From a virus (Duplodnaviria > Caudoviricetes), in IMG/VR virus record IMGVR_UViG_3300015607_004160: DNA of 64,000 nt, one strand, 5' to 3'. The first letter of the stretch is position 1, and each line of letters starts with the position of its first letter. A program made the translations under genes and the position numbers. The notes below the pieces were generated by a model that searched no databases, was not told the DNA's origin, and saw only the letters and a list, made by a program, of their open reading frames with translations. Below, in pieces: positions 29,155 to 39,157 of this stretch.

Positions 29155-30620
29155 ATCCATTTTTGCATTCCGCAATCAAAAATTTTATAGTATCCTTGTT
29201 CTGACATTATTTGAATTTCTGTTTTATTTGGGTCAAATCCATCTTTAATTAGTCTATCTTTTCTATAGTTAAATCTATGCTTTCTAATTCCATTAACAAC
29301 ATAATAGTAATTAGGACGAGACGTGTGTGATAATTTAAATCCCAACTTTAAGTACATATCACCATTAGATCTACTCAAATCAGAATAACTTATAATTTCT
29401 TTTGATGGATAGTTATTTAAAAAATATTTAAAAAGTTTAGAAGACCCTCCAACAACACTTGTATTTAACTTATTACAAAATCTTAGTAACTCATATGATC
29501 CATCTTTACTTTTTTGCCCTAATGATTTCCTAAGATTCCCAAATGTCATTAGACTAACCAACTCCTCCTTGAAAAATAATCCGATTTTATACTTTGATCC
29601 AATGAACCCCTGAATGTGATTTTTTGTTAGAAACTCTCTAACTATTTTATTATCAACTACCTCTCTAATATCACATTTTCTAGCAAATATTTTGTTATTA
29701 GTTTTACCAATTTTATTTAATATCATAGACTTCACAATATCTTGTTTATATATCCAATCATCCTCCCATATATGAAATATATTTATACCATTCTTTGCAA
29801 ATAATAGTGTTTTATTTAGATGGTAGTTTTTTTCCTTAAATACTTCAGAATGCCAATATAATCCATTAAATTCAAATCCGATTTTTTTATCAGGTAGATA
29901 AATATCAAGTTCTCTATTTCCAATTTTATAATTAGATATGAAATCTATGCCAGCATCGGATATAATTTTAGAAATGTTTTTTTCCAAATGTGAACTTTTA
30001 AGATTATTTAACTGATTACAATTTATACAAATATCATGTTCATTCTTTATTCTAAGTAAATATGTTGTATAATTTATTTCATATACATTATTACACTTAT
30101 CACATAGTATACTCATTACTCTATTTTCATCTATGCTTATTAGATTTATAGATTTGTTATTATACTCAATAATAGTTTTTTGCTTTTTTGTGTTTGATAT
30201 TTTATCTTTTATGTATGATAATTTTGATATATTATCTATATTATATTTTTCACTTAATGTGTTTTTTATTTTATTTTTGATAGATAACATATCAAATGTA
30301 TATTTGACACCATATTTAGACATCATACTTTTTTCTCTTAATATAGATGTCTTATCAATAAATTCTTGATCCGAATTTTTACATTTATTAGAACAGTAAA
30401 TTGAATATGTGTTATTGAAAAATCCAACCTTATTTTTACAAGCTTTACAAGTTGGTATAGAATCAATATTATGCAAATAGTTATATACCTTTTGCTTAAA
30501 TGGAACTAAATCCTTAGTATAATTTATTATTTGATTATAAAGGTCTGGATATCTTTTTGATATTATATTCTCCCTTCTATTGGCAAAATTTAAAGACTCA
30601 AGTAAAATGTGATAATCCAT
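29136..30620 (-). CDS. Hef-like/PD-(D/E)xK homing endonuclease with C-terminal GNAT-like domain
   Basis: ELDIYLPDKKIGFEFNGLYWHS, HIWEDDW; paralog of 5328..6902. Confidence 0.75.
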   Translation of the reverse strand: MDYHILLESLNFANRRENIISKRYPDLYNQIINYTKDLVPFKQKVYNYLHNIDSIPTCKACKNKVGFFNNTYSIYCSNKCKNSDQEFIDKTSILREKSMMSKYGVKYTFDMLSIKNKIKNTLSEKYNIDNISKLSYIKDKISNTKKQKTIIEYNNKSINLISIDENRVMSILCDKCNNVYEINYTTYLLRIKNEHDICINCNQLNNLKSSHLEKNISKIISDAGIDFISNYKIGNRELDIYLPDKKIGFEFNGLYWHSEVFKEKNYHLNKTLLFAKNGINIFHIWEDDWIYKQDIVKSMILNKIGKTNNKIFARKCDIREVVDNKIVREFLTKNHIQGFIGSKYKIGLFFKEELVSLMTFGNLRKSLGQKSKDGSYELLRFCNKLNTSVVGGSSKLFKYFLNNYPSKEIISYSDLSRSNGDMYLKLGFKLSHTSRPNYYYVVNGIRKHRFNYRKDRLIKDGFDPNKTEIQIMSEQGYYKIFDCGMQKWIWKSVK

Positions 30621-30631
30621 ATCACTATATA

Positions 30632-30997
30632 TTATAAAGAGTGTAGTCCCTGTCCATCATTTGACGATTCAATACTAATAACCTTAATTAAATTCTCGTT
30701 ATCTCCTTTCTTTTTATAAATTTCATTAAAACCCTTTGCTAGTCCACGTTTAAAAACCTCAGTAAAGTATGCGAAGGCGTTATCACTTTTTTCTTCATTG
30801 AAGTTATACCAGTTACCGAACATATCTAGTAAACCACTTTGGTAGCAATCCATTTTATCATCATTATTCCAATATCTCATTTTTTTGATGGTTCTCTTGG
30901 CTAAGATTTCTAACATTAATTTAGATTTATTTGTTAGTTTGCCTTGTGCTTTTGATACGACAATTTCTGCGTATAAATCCCGATTGTGAAGATACAT
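30632..30997 (-). CDS. Late-transcription sigma factor (T4 gp55-like), short
   Basis: YLHNRDLY, DDKMDC, NFNEEKSDNAFAYFTEVFKRG. Confidence 0.8.
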   Translation of the reverse strand: MYLHNRDLYAEIVVSKAQGKLTNKSKLMLEILAKRTIKKMRYWNNDDKMDCYQSGLLDMFGNWYNFNEEKSDNAFAYFTEVFKRGLAKGFNEIYKKKGDNENLIKVISIESSNDGQGLHSL

Positions 30998-31058
30998 TTA
31001 CATAATATTATTTTTAGAGTGTTTTAATTATATTTTATATTTATATAATTAAATAAGT

Positions 31059-31505
31059 TTAGTTTATTACTAAAATATGCCATCGATAAACAGATATCCA
31101 AATATCTACTCGGTATTTAGAATCTCCATTTTCAAAATATCCCTCATGTTCATATGTCCAATTAACTTTAAACTCATATCCAAGTTTATTTAATCTAGAG
31201 TGATTTATTCTATTAGTTAGTTCATTTACCTGATCATCAAAGAATTCTCCTTTTCGTATCACATTCGTCAAGAAATTGGTATTTTTCCTAAATAAATATT
31301 TGGTTTTTTTTGGTTCTAACTTAAAAGTATATTTACTAATTGAACGGGTGTCATGCTTGGATGAACTTGGTGAGACGATGTATTCTTTTTCTAATAAATT
31401 CCATTCATCAAATATACCTTCTATTATAAGAGCATCTTCAATTTCTTCTTTTTCTTCTTCCTCGGACTTTTCTTGATAATTTTCAAATAACTTCAGATAT
31501 TTCAT
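31059..31505 (-). CDS. Hypothetical protein, CTS-like N-terminus
   Basis: MKYLKLFENY; TTAATATATA at 31510-31519 on the minus strand. Confidence 0.7.
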   Translation of the reverse strand: MKYLKLFENYQEKSEEEEKEEIEDALIIEGIFDEWNLLEKEYIVSPSSSKHDTRSISKYTFKLEPKKTKYLFRKNTNFLTNVIRKGEFFDDQVNELTNRINHSRLNKLGYEFKVNWTYEHEGYFENGDSKYRVDIWISVYRWHILVIN

Positions 31506-31531
31506 AATTTATATATTAACTTCCTGAAAAC

Positions 31532-31557
31532 AAAAAACCCCTCAATATGAGGGGTTT
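31532..31557 (-). terminator. Intrinsic terminator
   Basis: AAAAAACCCCTCA-ATA-TGAGGGGTTT downstream of the 31575 gene. Confidence 0.75.
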
Positions 31558-31574
31558 AAATTTATTAATTTAAT

Positions 31575-32858
31575 TTATGCTTTAACTCTTTCTTTGTATT
31601 GTGATTCTTTAACTGATTGTAAGTCATTTTCTAATACTTCTTTTCTCTTCTGTAGATTTTCTAAAGCAACATTTAAAACATTTGATTCGCCGATATATTC
31701 TAAGGATGTTTTAACTTTTGAAATGTTAAATTTAACATCTTCTAATTTTAAAGAAATTTCTCTTTCTTTATCTTCTAATTTCTTTTTACTAATTAATTCC
31801 ACGTCTAATTTATTTTCAAAAAAATATGTTAAATCATAGTTTAATTCATTTCTAACTTCATTTACTAGCTCAATTGCTGAATCATATTTGAAAAATGAAT
31901 GTCCGTATCTTTCATCACATCTGTAAAGATATGTAGCATTTTTATAATTGAATGCATAAATTTCAAGGTAAGGATTTACTAAATTAGAAATTTTCTTAAC
32001 AACATCTAATTCAACAAACTTATCTAAATTAGACGAAGTTTCTAAAATAACCGGATAGAAATTTTTATTAACAATTGGAATGATTGGAGAACTAAATAAA
32101 CTTTCTAAGGTCGTTTCCTTATTTAATTCATCATCATTTATATAAATAACACCATTTTTAGAAACAGATAATCCAACAGTTAGATTTTCAGAAATTCTAA
32201 AATTAACTCTATCTTCAGATATATCTGCATATTTCATAGCAGTTTCTAGTGTTCTTAAAACTCTTAATTTTTCATTATCAGTAACGTGAGTTTCGAGAGC
32301 CGTTTTTTCAATATTATTTTCAGATAATAAGAACCATGATTCTCTTAATAAACAAAGATATCCATCTTCTACTTGCTCAACAATTGTGAAAATGGATTCG
32401 CCTTTACCACCTGATAATAAATTAGCTCTTTGTTCTGGAGACTTTGTTAAGTTGTGAACAAAAAGTTTAATTTCAGGAACCCAATCATAAATAGCTAACT
32501 CATTAAGAACTTTTGATAATCTATCTTGATCATTTTCAAGATTGATGGTTTGCAAAAGCACGTTAATAGGTTGTCTATATAATTCTCCTTGATTTTTACC
32601 ATTTAAAACATTATACAAATGTTTTAACTCATAAACAAGTTGATACTCTTTCATATCAAGATTAAGTGTTTCAAGAAGTGACTTAACCTCTTTATCAAAA
32701 GTATATGTTTTTAGTCTTTCATTTAAGGCAGTAACAATTTGTTTTTCTGATAATTCATTACACATATCAATATATGATTCAATTATCATGGAAACTTCTT
32801 CTTGCTCAATACCTAATTTTTTTCTGAAATTAAATAGTTCTAATTTAATATTCTTCAT
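31575..32858 (-). CDS. Hypothetical protein with C-terminal coiled coil
   Basis: 427 aa ORF downstream of the gp15-like gene. Confidence 0.7.
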   Translation of the reverse strand: MKNIKLELFNFRKKLGIEQEEVSMIIESYIDMCNELSEKQIVTALNERLKTYTFDKEVKSLLETLNLDMKEYQLVYELKHLYNVLNGKNQGELYRQPINVLLQTINLENDQDRLSKVLNELAIYDWVPEIKLFVHNLTKSPEQRANLLSGGKGESIFTIVEQVEDGYLCLLRESWFLLSENNIEKTALETHVTDNEKLRVLRTLETAMKYADISEDRVNFRISENLTVGLSVSKNGVIYINDDELNKETTLESLFSSPIIPIVNKNFYPVILETSSNLDKFVELDVVKKISNLVNPYLEIYAFNYKNATYLYRCDERYGHSFFKYDSAIELVNEVRNELNYDLTYFFENKLDVELISKKKLEDKEREISLKLEDVKFNISKVKTSLEYIGESNVLNVALENLQKRKEVLENDLQSVKESQYKERVKA

Positions 32859-32931
32859 AGTAAATTTTGTTTTTTATTTTATCTTAATCTATATATTATA
32901 AACAAAAAGTCATTTTTTTCACTTTTATTTA

Positions 32932-33678
32932 TTAAGGATTATTATTTATATTATTATCTAAAACAAATGGAACTCCGGCTCGTCTAGATTCAATTAAATT
33001 CAAATACCATCTGGTTTTCTTTGGATTTATTACACCAGTTGTTCCATCACCACTTCGAAATGCTGGGTAATAAGTATGAACTTCAAAAGATACTGTCAAT
33101 TTGATAGTATTGTCAGTTGTAAGGTTCTTCTCTCTTGAAATTTCAACCTGATTTGCATCCGGAAGTATCATGACCGCATCTATATTCATATAGTTGTGTT
33201 CAAAATACATAAACCTATACAACCATAGGGTATTAATTATTGCCTGACTGCATTTAAAAGAATCTATTTCACTTGCTAATAAAATTGATAAGTCGTATTT
33301 AACCGATATCGGAACTGCTCTAACTTTCGTTAAAACTTTTTTAATTTCTGTTTTGTTCTCAACAACAGTTCTTAGCCAAACATTTGGATTAGCAAATTCA
33401 TCTGATTTAATATCAAATCCAGTCATTGTTAAATGACCTCTTGGTATAATATCAGTGTTTAACTCTACATATCTGTTATCAGAAACGACATCATCAGCAA
33501 AAGAATCTAAGAGAAATCTTTCATCTCCTGTCATGGAATAATAAAAAGGAACCTTAACTTCTATGTCTCCTGATGAAAATCGATTCGTCCACCAAACTTC
33601 ACCTTCTAATGTATCCAAAACACAAACTGTTAAGTCACGAAAAAACACATCTTCAAAATTAAATCTTTCTCCAATCAT
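32932..33678 (-). CDS. Tail sheath stabilizer/terminator (T4 gp15-like)
   Basis: VPFYY, IPRG, AVP..VKYDLSI, LTVSFEVHTYYP. Confidence 0.7.
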   Translation of the reverse strand: MIGERFNFEDVFFRDLTVCVLDTLEGEVWWTNRFSSGDIEVKVPFYYSMTGDERFLLDSFADDVVSDNRYVELNTDIIPRGHLTMTGFDIKSDEFANPNVWLRTVVENKTEIKKVLTKVRAVPISVKYDLSILLASEIDSFKCSQAIINTLWLYRFMYFEHNYMNIDAVMILPDANQVEISREKNLTTDNTIKLTVSFEVHTYYPAFRSGDGTTGVINPKKTRWYLNLIESRRAGVPFVLDNNINNNP

Positions 33679-33693
33679 AGATTTATATATAAA
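33667..33693 (+). repeat. 27-bp direct repeat, copy 1
   Basis: TTCTCCAATCATAGATTTATATATAAA, identical to 34689-34715. Confidence 0.85.
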
Positions 33694-33724
33694 ATATATA
33701 ATCTCCTATTTTAATATATAAAAT

Positions 33725-34680
33725 ATGATCGATAATTTTAAACTATTTGAAAATACACAACTAGCCAGATCAATTTTGCGAAAGTTTGGGGTGGGTGAAA
33801 ATAGCAAAACATATAATGACATAAAGGAGTTAACTAAAGATCATAATGGATATTTAGGATTCTTTGTTAAAATGTGGCTAGAACAAGATGTTAGCTTTGA
33901 ATCACTTAATTAAGACTCTATAAAAAAGTATTACCACAATATACAACAATGAATTATGCACTAAATACTATAAAACAATGGGTTGTAAAGATTGATAGAA
34001 ATAAAAGAGATATAGATGCTCAGACAATAGTTGAATATTTCTATCCTAAATTAAAAAATGAGTCATTCTCACTTGGTAGATATGATGGTCTAGGGTTTAC
34101 ACCAACCCTTTATATGATTGCTAGTTTAGTTAAAACTGATAATATTAATTTAATGGACAGTCTAAAAATTAGTTTTAGTAAAGATCAAATGAAATACTTA
34201 ATAAGAATTTTATTTAACATGGAGTCATATAATCAAACACCTTATTTAAGAGAGGATTTTAGATTGAATGATAGCGAGAGAGAGAAACTATGTGACTGGT
34301 TGGTCAAAAATAGAACAAAGGTCAGAAAGAACTATAGTAATCAAATAGTTCCTAATATGGATATATATCAACACGAATCGGTTTCTCTAATTTATTACTA
34401 TTTTAATTGGGGGTTCCAAAACTATTTTAATTTAGTTAAAAGAACTAGAAATCAAGCTGATAAGTGGTCAAAAATAGATGGACAGGATTTTCATCAACAA
34501 GGAAGAAATCATGTAGATTATTTCAGTGAGATATTTAATTATCTAAGCCACACCAAAAAGAAAGAAGAATTGGATGAACTTGTTGATAAGATAAAATCAA
34601 ACATAGTGCTTAATCAAGGGGAAATGAAGATGATTCAAGGTATATCATCAGGAAATTCAAGATTCTATATTAGTATCTAA
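33725..34680 (+). pseudogene. CTS-bearing gene apparently split by a frameshift near 33908
   Basis: MIDNFKLFEN.. ORF stops at 33913; the downstream frame is open from 33910 (LRLYKKVLPQYTT-MNY) to 34680. Confidence 0.5.
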
Positions 34681-34688
34681 TCCAGAAA

Positions 34689-34715
34689 TTCTCCAATCAT
34701 AGATTTATATATAAA
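34689..34715 (+). repeat. 27-bp direct repeat, copy 2
   Basis: Duplicates the start and promoter of the gp15-like gene (MIGE). Confidence 0.85.
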
Positions 34716-34728
34716 TAAAATATGTATT

Positions 34729-35052
34729 ATGAAAATAAAATTATTTAAGGAGTATATTACTGAAAAGTTGCATACAATAGATGATGCGAATAAAGCATTG
34801 TCTTTATTACAAAAAAATATATCAAAAAATGCATCACTCATTGGTGGATTTGGGAAAGGAAAAGTTACATCCGAACACGATATTGATATATTAATACCAG
34901 ATATAGAATTCAATGATGAAGTAAAAGAACAAATATTCAAGCTATTGAATGCTGAATCTGTTGAAGATACAGATTGGGGAGGATGGTATTTCAATAATAC
35001 CGATTATGGTGATGTTGATATTTTTTACACTGATGAAGACTTTGACTATTGA
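34729..35052 (+). CDS. Minimal Pol-beta-superfamily nucleotidyltransferase, CTS-like N-terminus
   Basis: LIGGFGKG..SEHDIDILI and VDIF; starts MKIKLFKEYITE. Confidence 0.7.
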   Translation: MKIKLFKEYITEKLHTIDDANKALSLLQKNISKNASLIGGFGKGKVTSEHDIDILIPDIEFNDEVKEQIFKLLNAESVEDTDWGGWYFNNTDYGDVDIFYTDEDFDY

Positions 35053-35534
35053 GAATAATTATCCCTTTTATCTAAAAATTTAAAATCATCAGTTGTTAAT
35101 TGAAATCCATCAAAGTTGTTTAAGAAGGCAATAAAGGCTTCTAATGATTCATCCTCAAAGGCAAAAATAGTATTACTTGGATCAAATTTAGAATGATAAG
35201 ATGTATATTGAATAACACTAACTTTATGTGGTGCCTCTATACTAAATTCGGAAACAACCAAATCACCATATGTAATATCAACATTTAATTTTAATTGGTT
35301 ATTTATATTAATCATATAAATATCTATTTCCATTTCATCAGGATCACCATATACAATACTATCTGCTACGTAGTTTATTTGTACTAAATCACCAATACAA
35401 TCGGTATTCTCCCGATGATATTTTCTTATTTCTTTATCTTTAATTATCGTAAGTTCATTTGGAGCTTGATCTTTCCATTTTTCTCCATACATTGTGAACT
35501 GACTAAATCCTTCAAACTTTTTTAGATGTTTCAT
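35046..35534 (-). CDS. Hypothetical protein, CTS-like N-terminus
   Basis: Start reassigned to MKHLKKFEGF at 35534. Confidence 0.7.
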   Translation of the reverse strand: MKHLKKFEGFSQFTMYGEKWKDQAPNELTIIKDKEIRKYHRENTDCIGDLVQINYVADSIVYGDPDEMEIDIYMININNQLKLNVDITYGDLVVSEFSIEAPHKVSVIQYTSYHSKFDPSNTIFAFEDESLEAFIAFLNNFDGFQLTTDDFKFLDKRDNYSQ

Positions 35535-35552
35535 TTTAATATATATTATAAT
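35535..35552. promoter_or_regulatory. 18-bp bidirectional promoter candidate
   Basis: Palindromic AATATATATT (35538-35547) between two divergent ATGAAACATCTAAAA starts. Confidence 0.55.
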
Positions 35553-35996
35553 ATGAAACATCTAAAATTATTTGAATCTTATTATGAAGACCTAACTCCA
35601 TATGCATATGGTCGTATACATGGTAAAGAATGCCTAAATGTCGGATGGATCGGGAGTGAAGAAAACTTTACGACTGGTGAGGTTTCTGAAGAATTTATTA
35701 AAAAGCTAGAAGCAGTAGAACGTTCAGATGAGTATACTTCAGAAAGACATAAAGGGTTTCACCGGTGCGAATTATGTGGTGTTCTTATGGGATCACAAGT
35801 TAAAAAAATTGAATATAATGGGAAATGTTATAAATTCCCAAGTAAAGTATCACACTATGTACGAGATCATAAGTATAAACCACCTCAAGAATTTATAGAT
35901 GCTATTATGAGCTTAGAAATAAAGGATCCAATTAGTAAGTCATATGGTGGTAGTGGATTTATTGGGGGTAGATATCGTGGATCACGATTTAAATAA
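35553..35996 (+). CDS. Putative Zn-binding protein, CTS-like N-terminus
   Basis: MKHLKLFESY; VGW, GFHRCELC, HYVRDHKYKPPQEFIDA. Confidence 0.7.
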   Translation: MKHLKLFESYYEDLTPYAYGRIHGKECLNVGWIGSEENFTTGEVSEEFIKKLEAVERSDEYTSERHKGFHRCELCGVLMGSQVKKIEYNGKCYKFPSKVSHYVRDHKYKPPQEFIDAIMSLEIKDPISKSYGGSGFIGGRYRGSRFK

Positions 35997-36006
35997 ACTT
36001 TCAAAC

Positions 36007-36038
36007 TATATCAATTTATAATTATATCAATTTATAAT
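36007..36038 (+). repeat. 16-bp tandem duplication upstream of clamp loader
   Basis: TATATCAATTTATAAT x2. Confidence 0.7.
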
Positions 36039-36039
36039 T

Positions 36040-37014
36040 ATGAAAGAACTGTTACTAAGCGAAAAATGGAGACCTAAAAAGTTTGAAGATGTTATTCTTC
36101 TACCAAGAATTCAAAAAATATTTGAGGATGGAATTAAGAAAAATGTTATTTTATACGGACATTATGGAACCGGCAAAACAACATTAGCCAGAATACTCAT
36201 TGGTAGATATTCAAAAGATAAAGCTTTCTTAGAAATAAATAGCTCCTTCTATACCTCAATTGATGTTCTAAGGACCAAAATTGATGACTTCTGTTCTAAA
36301 GTTTATATGGGGTTAGACTTAGACTACATGATCGATCAAGATTCTATGAAATATGTTTTCTTAGATGAATTTGAAAGAACATCTCCGCAATATCAAGATG
36401 CTTTAAAGGCATACATAGATGAATATTCTAGTCGAAATGTTCGATTTATATTTAATACAAATCACATTAATAAGATATCTGATGGTATTAAATCAAGATC
36501 AACACAAATTAACTTTGACTGCATTAATGCTGATGAAGAAAAATTTCTTAAAACATCCATCTATAAAAGAATAATGGATGTAATTGCTCCAGAAGAAAAG
36601 ATAGATATTAAAAAGGATGATTTAATAAAAATTATTAATAAAAATTTCCCAGATTTTCGTTCAGTGATGAATGAGCTTCAACATTTTAAAGAAACTGGAG
36701 AAGGATCCTCTAATTCAAATATAAATCTCAAATTGAGAAATGATCTATATGCAATTATTTATGACAAATCTAAAAATTATGAAGATATATATCATTTTTT
36801 AATGAACAACTTTGGTCCAGATAAAATAGATGAAATGATTAGCCTATTTGGAAAACATTTTATTCAATGGTCATTTTCTGAAAAAAGAGAAAACATTGAT
36901 AAATTGTTTCGGGTAAATTATATTATTGCAGAACATACAAAATTATTAGAAACAAATACAGATCCGATTGTATTAGGGATGACGGTTATAGGAAGATTAA
37001 GAGAATTGTTCTAA
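36040..37014 (+). CDS. Sliding clamp loader AAA+ subunit (T4 gp44/RFC-like)
   Basis: EKWRP, GHYGTGKTT, LEINSS, FLDEFE, FPDFR. Confidence 0.9.
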   Translation: MKELLLSEKWRPKKFEDVILLPRIQKIFEDGIKKNVILYGHYGTGKTTLARILIGRYSKDKAFLEINSSFYTSIDVLRTKIDDFCSKVYMGLDLDYMIDQDSMKYVFLDEFERTSPQYQDALKAYIDEYSSRNVRFIFNTNHINKISDGIKSRSTQINFDCINADEEKFLKTSIYKRIMDVIAPEEKIDIKKDDLIKIINKNFPDFRSVMNELQHFKETGEGSSNSNINLKLRNDLYAIIYDKSKNYEDIYHFLMNNFGPDKIDEMISLFGKHFIQWSFSEKRENIDKLFRVNYIIAEHTKLLETNTDPIVLGMTVIGRLRELF

Positions 37015-37437
37015 CTCGTCAAACAACTTAAATAACCCTTCTAATTGGTCACATTTGTATATACCACAAATATCTGCTTCTCGCAAATTGATATATCGCC
37101 ATTTATTCGACCCATTATCATGTAGAGTTCCAAAGTCTAATTGCACATAAAACCATTCATCTGTGGTCATTTTTATTCTACCTGATACAAAATTAGATTC
37201 CTCGTTTTTTCGATTCACAACTATAATCACGTCTACTGGATGTAATAATCTATTAGATAATGGTATATTTACCTTACTAACATTGAATTTTTTCTCTGAT
37301 AATTTTACTTTTATTTTATTAAATATATCGTCGGATATTTCAGTATACTGGTCAGGTGCAATACCTATACTGTCATAATCACTCCCAATTTTTTTATAGT
37401 AATTGGAATATTCCTCAAATAGTTGAATATGATTCAT
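36997..37437 (-). CDS. CTS-bearing DEW..CDQ family protein
   Basis: MNHIQLFEEY; DEWFYV...YKCDQLEGL. Confidence 0.7.
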   Translation of the reverse strand: MNHIQLFEEYSNYYKKIGSDYDSIGIAPDQYTEISDDIFNKIKVKLSEKKFNVSKVNIPLSNRLLHPVDVIIVVNRKNEESNFVSGRIKMTTDEWFYVQLDFGTLHDNGSNKWRYINLREADICGIYKCDQLEGLFKLFDELEQFS

Positions 37438-37454
37438 AATTATGATTTATATAT

Positions 37455-38021
37455 TTAGATATTATCTAGTAAAATATTATAAGATGTGTGTCCAATTTTT
37501 TCCATAGTTGAATTTTCTTTAACAACTTTTAATTGGTATTTTTTACATATTTCAGAGATAACATATTTGAACTTATCCAAAAAATGTAAATTATCACCCA
37601 TACTTGTTGATGGATTTTTTTCATTAATAAAAAGAACACTAATAAATTTATTAGTTATATCATTTTTGTCTATTGGGTATCCACAATATGTTAATCCATA
37701 TTCAAACCGACTCTCATACATTGTTCTTCGATGTATAAGTTCAGTTTGATAAATATTATTTTTTATTGATCCGCTATTTTTTACTATATCAAAATTTCTA
37801 TTTTGTGGATATTTATCTCTGTTTTTAAAATTAATTATGAATTTAATATCAATATCAACACCACTATCCTCAATATGAATGAACTCATCTATAAAATCGA
37901 ATACATTTATATTAAAATTATCTTCAATATTTTTTAAAATAGATTGCTTATATCTATCAAAAAACAAGATACGGTCGGCATCATTGGTAGTGTTTTCAAA
38001 CACTCGTTTAAGATACTTCAT
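37455..38021 (-). CDS. Hypothetical protein, CTS-like N-terminus
   Basis: MKYLKRVFEN. Confidence 0.7.
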   Translation of the reverse strand: MKYLKRVFENTTNDADRILFFDRYKQSILKNIEDNFNINVFDFIDEFIHIEDSGVDIDIKFIINFKNRDKYPQNRNFDIVKNSGSIKNNIYQTELIHRRTMYESRFEYGLTYCGYPIDKNDITNKFISVLFINEKNPSTSMGDNLHFLDKFKYVISEICKKYQLKVVKENSTMEKIGHTSYNILLDNI

Positions 38022-38055
38022 AATATGTATATATTATTATTTAATATATATTTAT

Positions 38056-38454
38056 ATGAACTCGATAGACTTTAAAGATTTTTACATAAGATATCAAGGA
38101 CACCCTAAGTATAAAAGTGGTCAATTGATAGAGGATGATATTATAAATGTCATTATTCAAAAATATGAAATGGTCTTATTTACAAATAAAGGTGAAGTAT
38201 TAGGTGAGCCAGATTTAGGTGCCGATCTAGTATTACTTTTGTATGAAACTAGAGTTTCCGCATCATTTGTTGAAGAAATAATCAGGCAACAAATATCTAC
38301 ATTTATACCTGAATTAGACAGTATGAATTATGGATTAAAAGTTGTATTCGCCCAAGATGTTGAAAATTATCAGGATATGATGTTTATTTACTTCCAAATA
38401 GCAGATTATGAGGTATATGCTGAAGTTGGAACTAGATATGGCGGTGGATTTTAA
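38056..38454 (+). CDS. Baseplate wedge subunit (T4 gp25-like)
   Basis: LFTNKGEVLGEPDLGADL..LLYE, IRQQISTFIP; start reassigned after TTAATATATA at 38041-38050. Confidence 0.75.
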   Translation: MNSIDFKDFYIRYQGHPKYKSGQLIEDDIINVIIQKYEMVLFTNKGEVLGEPDLGADLVLLLYETRVSASFVEEIIRQQISTFIPELDSMNYGLKVVFAQDVENYQDMMFIYFQIADYEVYAEVGTRYGGGF

Positions 38455-38496
38455 AACTTTATTTATTCTTTTAAATAGAATATTTAAATAGAGTAT

Positions 38497-38799
38497 ATGA
38501 ATAAGGTTTTATTACAATTCTGGGAAGAATCAGAAAGAGGATGGGGAGTTAGACCAGATGGTGCATCACTACATATTAATGTAGAATCGTATAGAAAATA
38601 TCTTAATAATATTTATGATAGTAGAAGAGATATACAAGATGTTCCAAATGAGTATGCCAGAGTCGTTGGGTCAGTTATAGAAACAGTAGTAAGTGATGAT
38701 ATTTATAATATGCTATTATCAGAAAAAAATATAAGATTACCACAATATCAGTTGAACAATCTAATAAAATTAAAAGATATCATAGTAGATGCTAGCTAA
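38497..38799 (+). CDS. Hypothetical phage protein
   Basis: WEESERGWGVRPDGASLH motif. Confidence 0.7.
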   Translation: MNKVLLQFWEESERGWGVRPDGASLHINVESYRKYLNNIYDSRRDIQDVPNEYARVVGSVIETVVSDDIYNMLLSEKNIRLPQYQLNNLIKLKDIIVDAS

Positions 38800-39157
38800 C
38801 TTTATACATACTCTTTTTTATTTATTTCCCATATTATTTATATGGGCAGAAATTTATCACTTAAGGTTTAAGGATAGACTTTATGTTAAATTTAATCAAA
38901 AACATCTATCAACATCAAAATTAACAGATTATATATTTTATGTAACCAAAGTCTTTTACTTAATATGGCTAATAATAGGATTATTTTCTAGCCTCTCATA
39001 TTATTTCTTATTAATAATAATAGTTTCTTCTATTAAATTTTTAGTACTATTTTTCAAATCAAGAAAATTCAATGACATATATGATATGATTTCTAGCTTA
39101 GTTTGTATAGGATTGCTATCATATCTATTCCTTAAGGGAATACATTTAATTCTTTGA
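38789..39157 (+). CDS. Membrane protein
   Basis: About 4 hydrophobic segments. Confidence 0.6.
   Translation: MLANFIHTLFYLFPILFIWAEIYHLRFKDRLYVKFNQKHLSTSKLTDYIFYVTKVFYLIWLIIGLFSSLSYYFLLIIIVSSIKFLVLFFKSRKFNDIYDMISSLVCIGLLSYLFLKGIHLIL

Noticed and set aside
34677-34994. 105-aa minus-strand ORF ending MIGEFLD
   Set aside because: Antisense to the nucleotidyltransferase gene; only its last codons matter, as part of the 27-bp duplication
37879-38055. Upstream extensions of ORF-track starts (37879, 27559, 35526, 35561, 47249, 58201, 25590)
   Set aside because: The extensions overlap neighbours or promoter motifs; internal ATGs fit better
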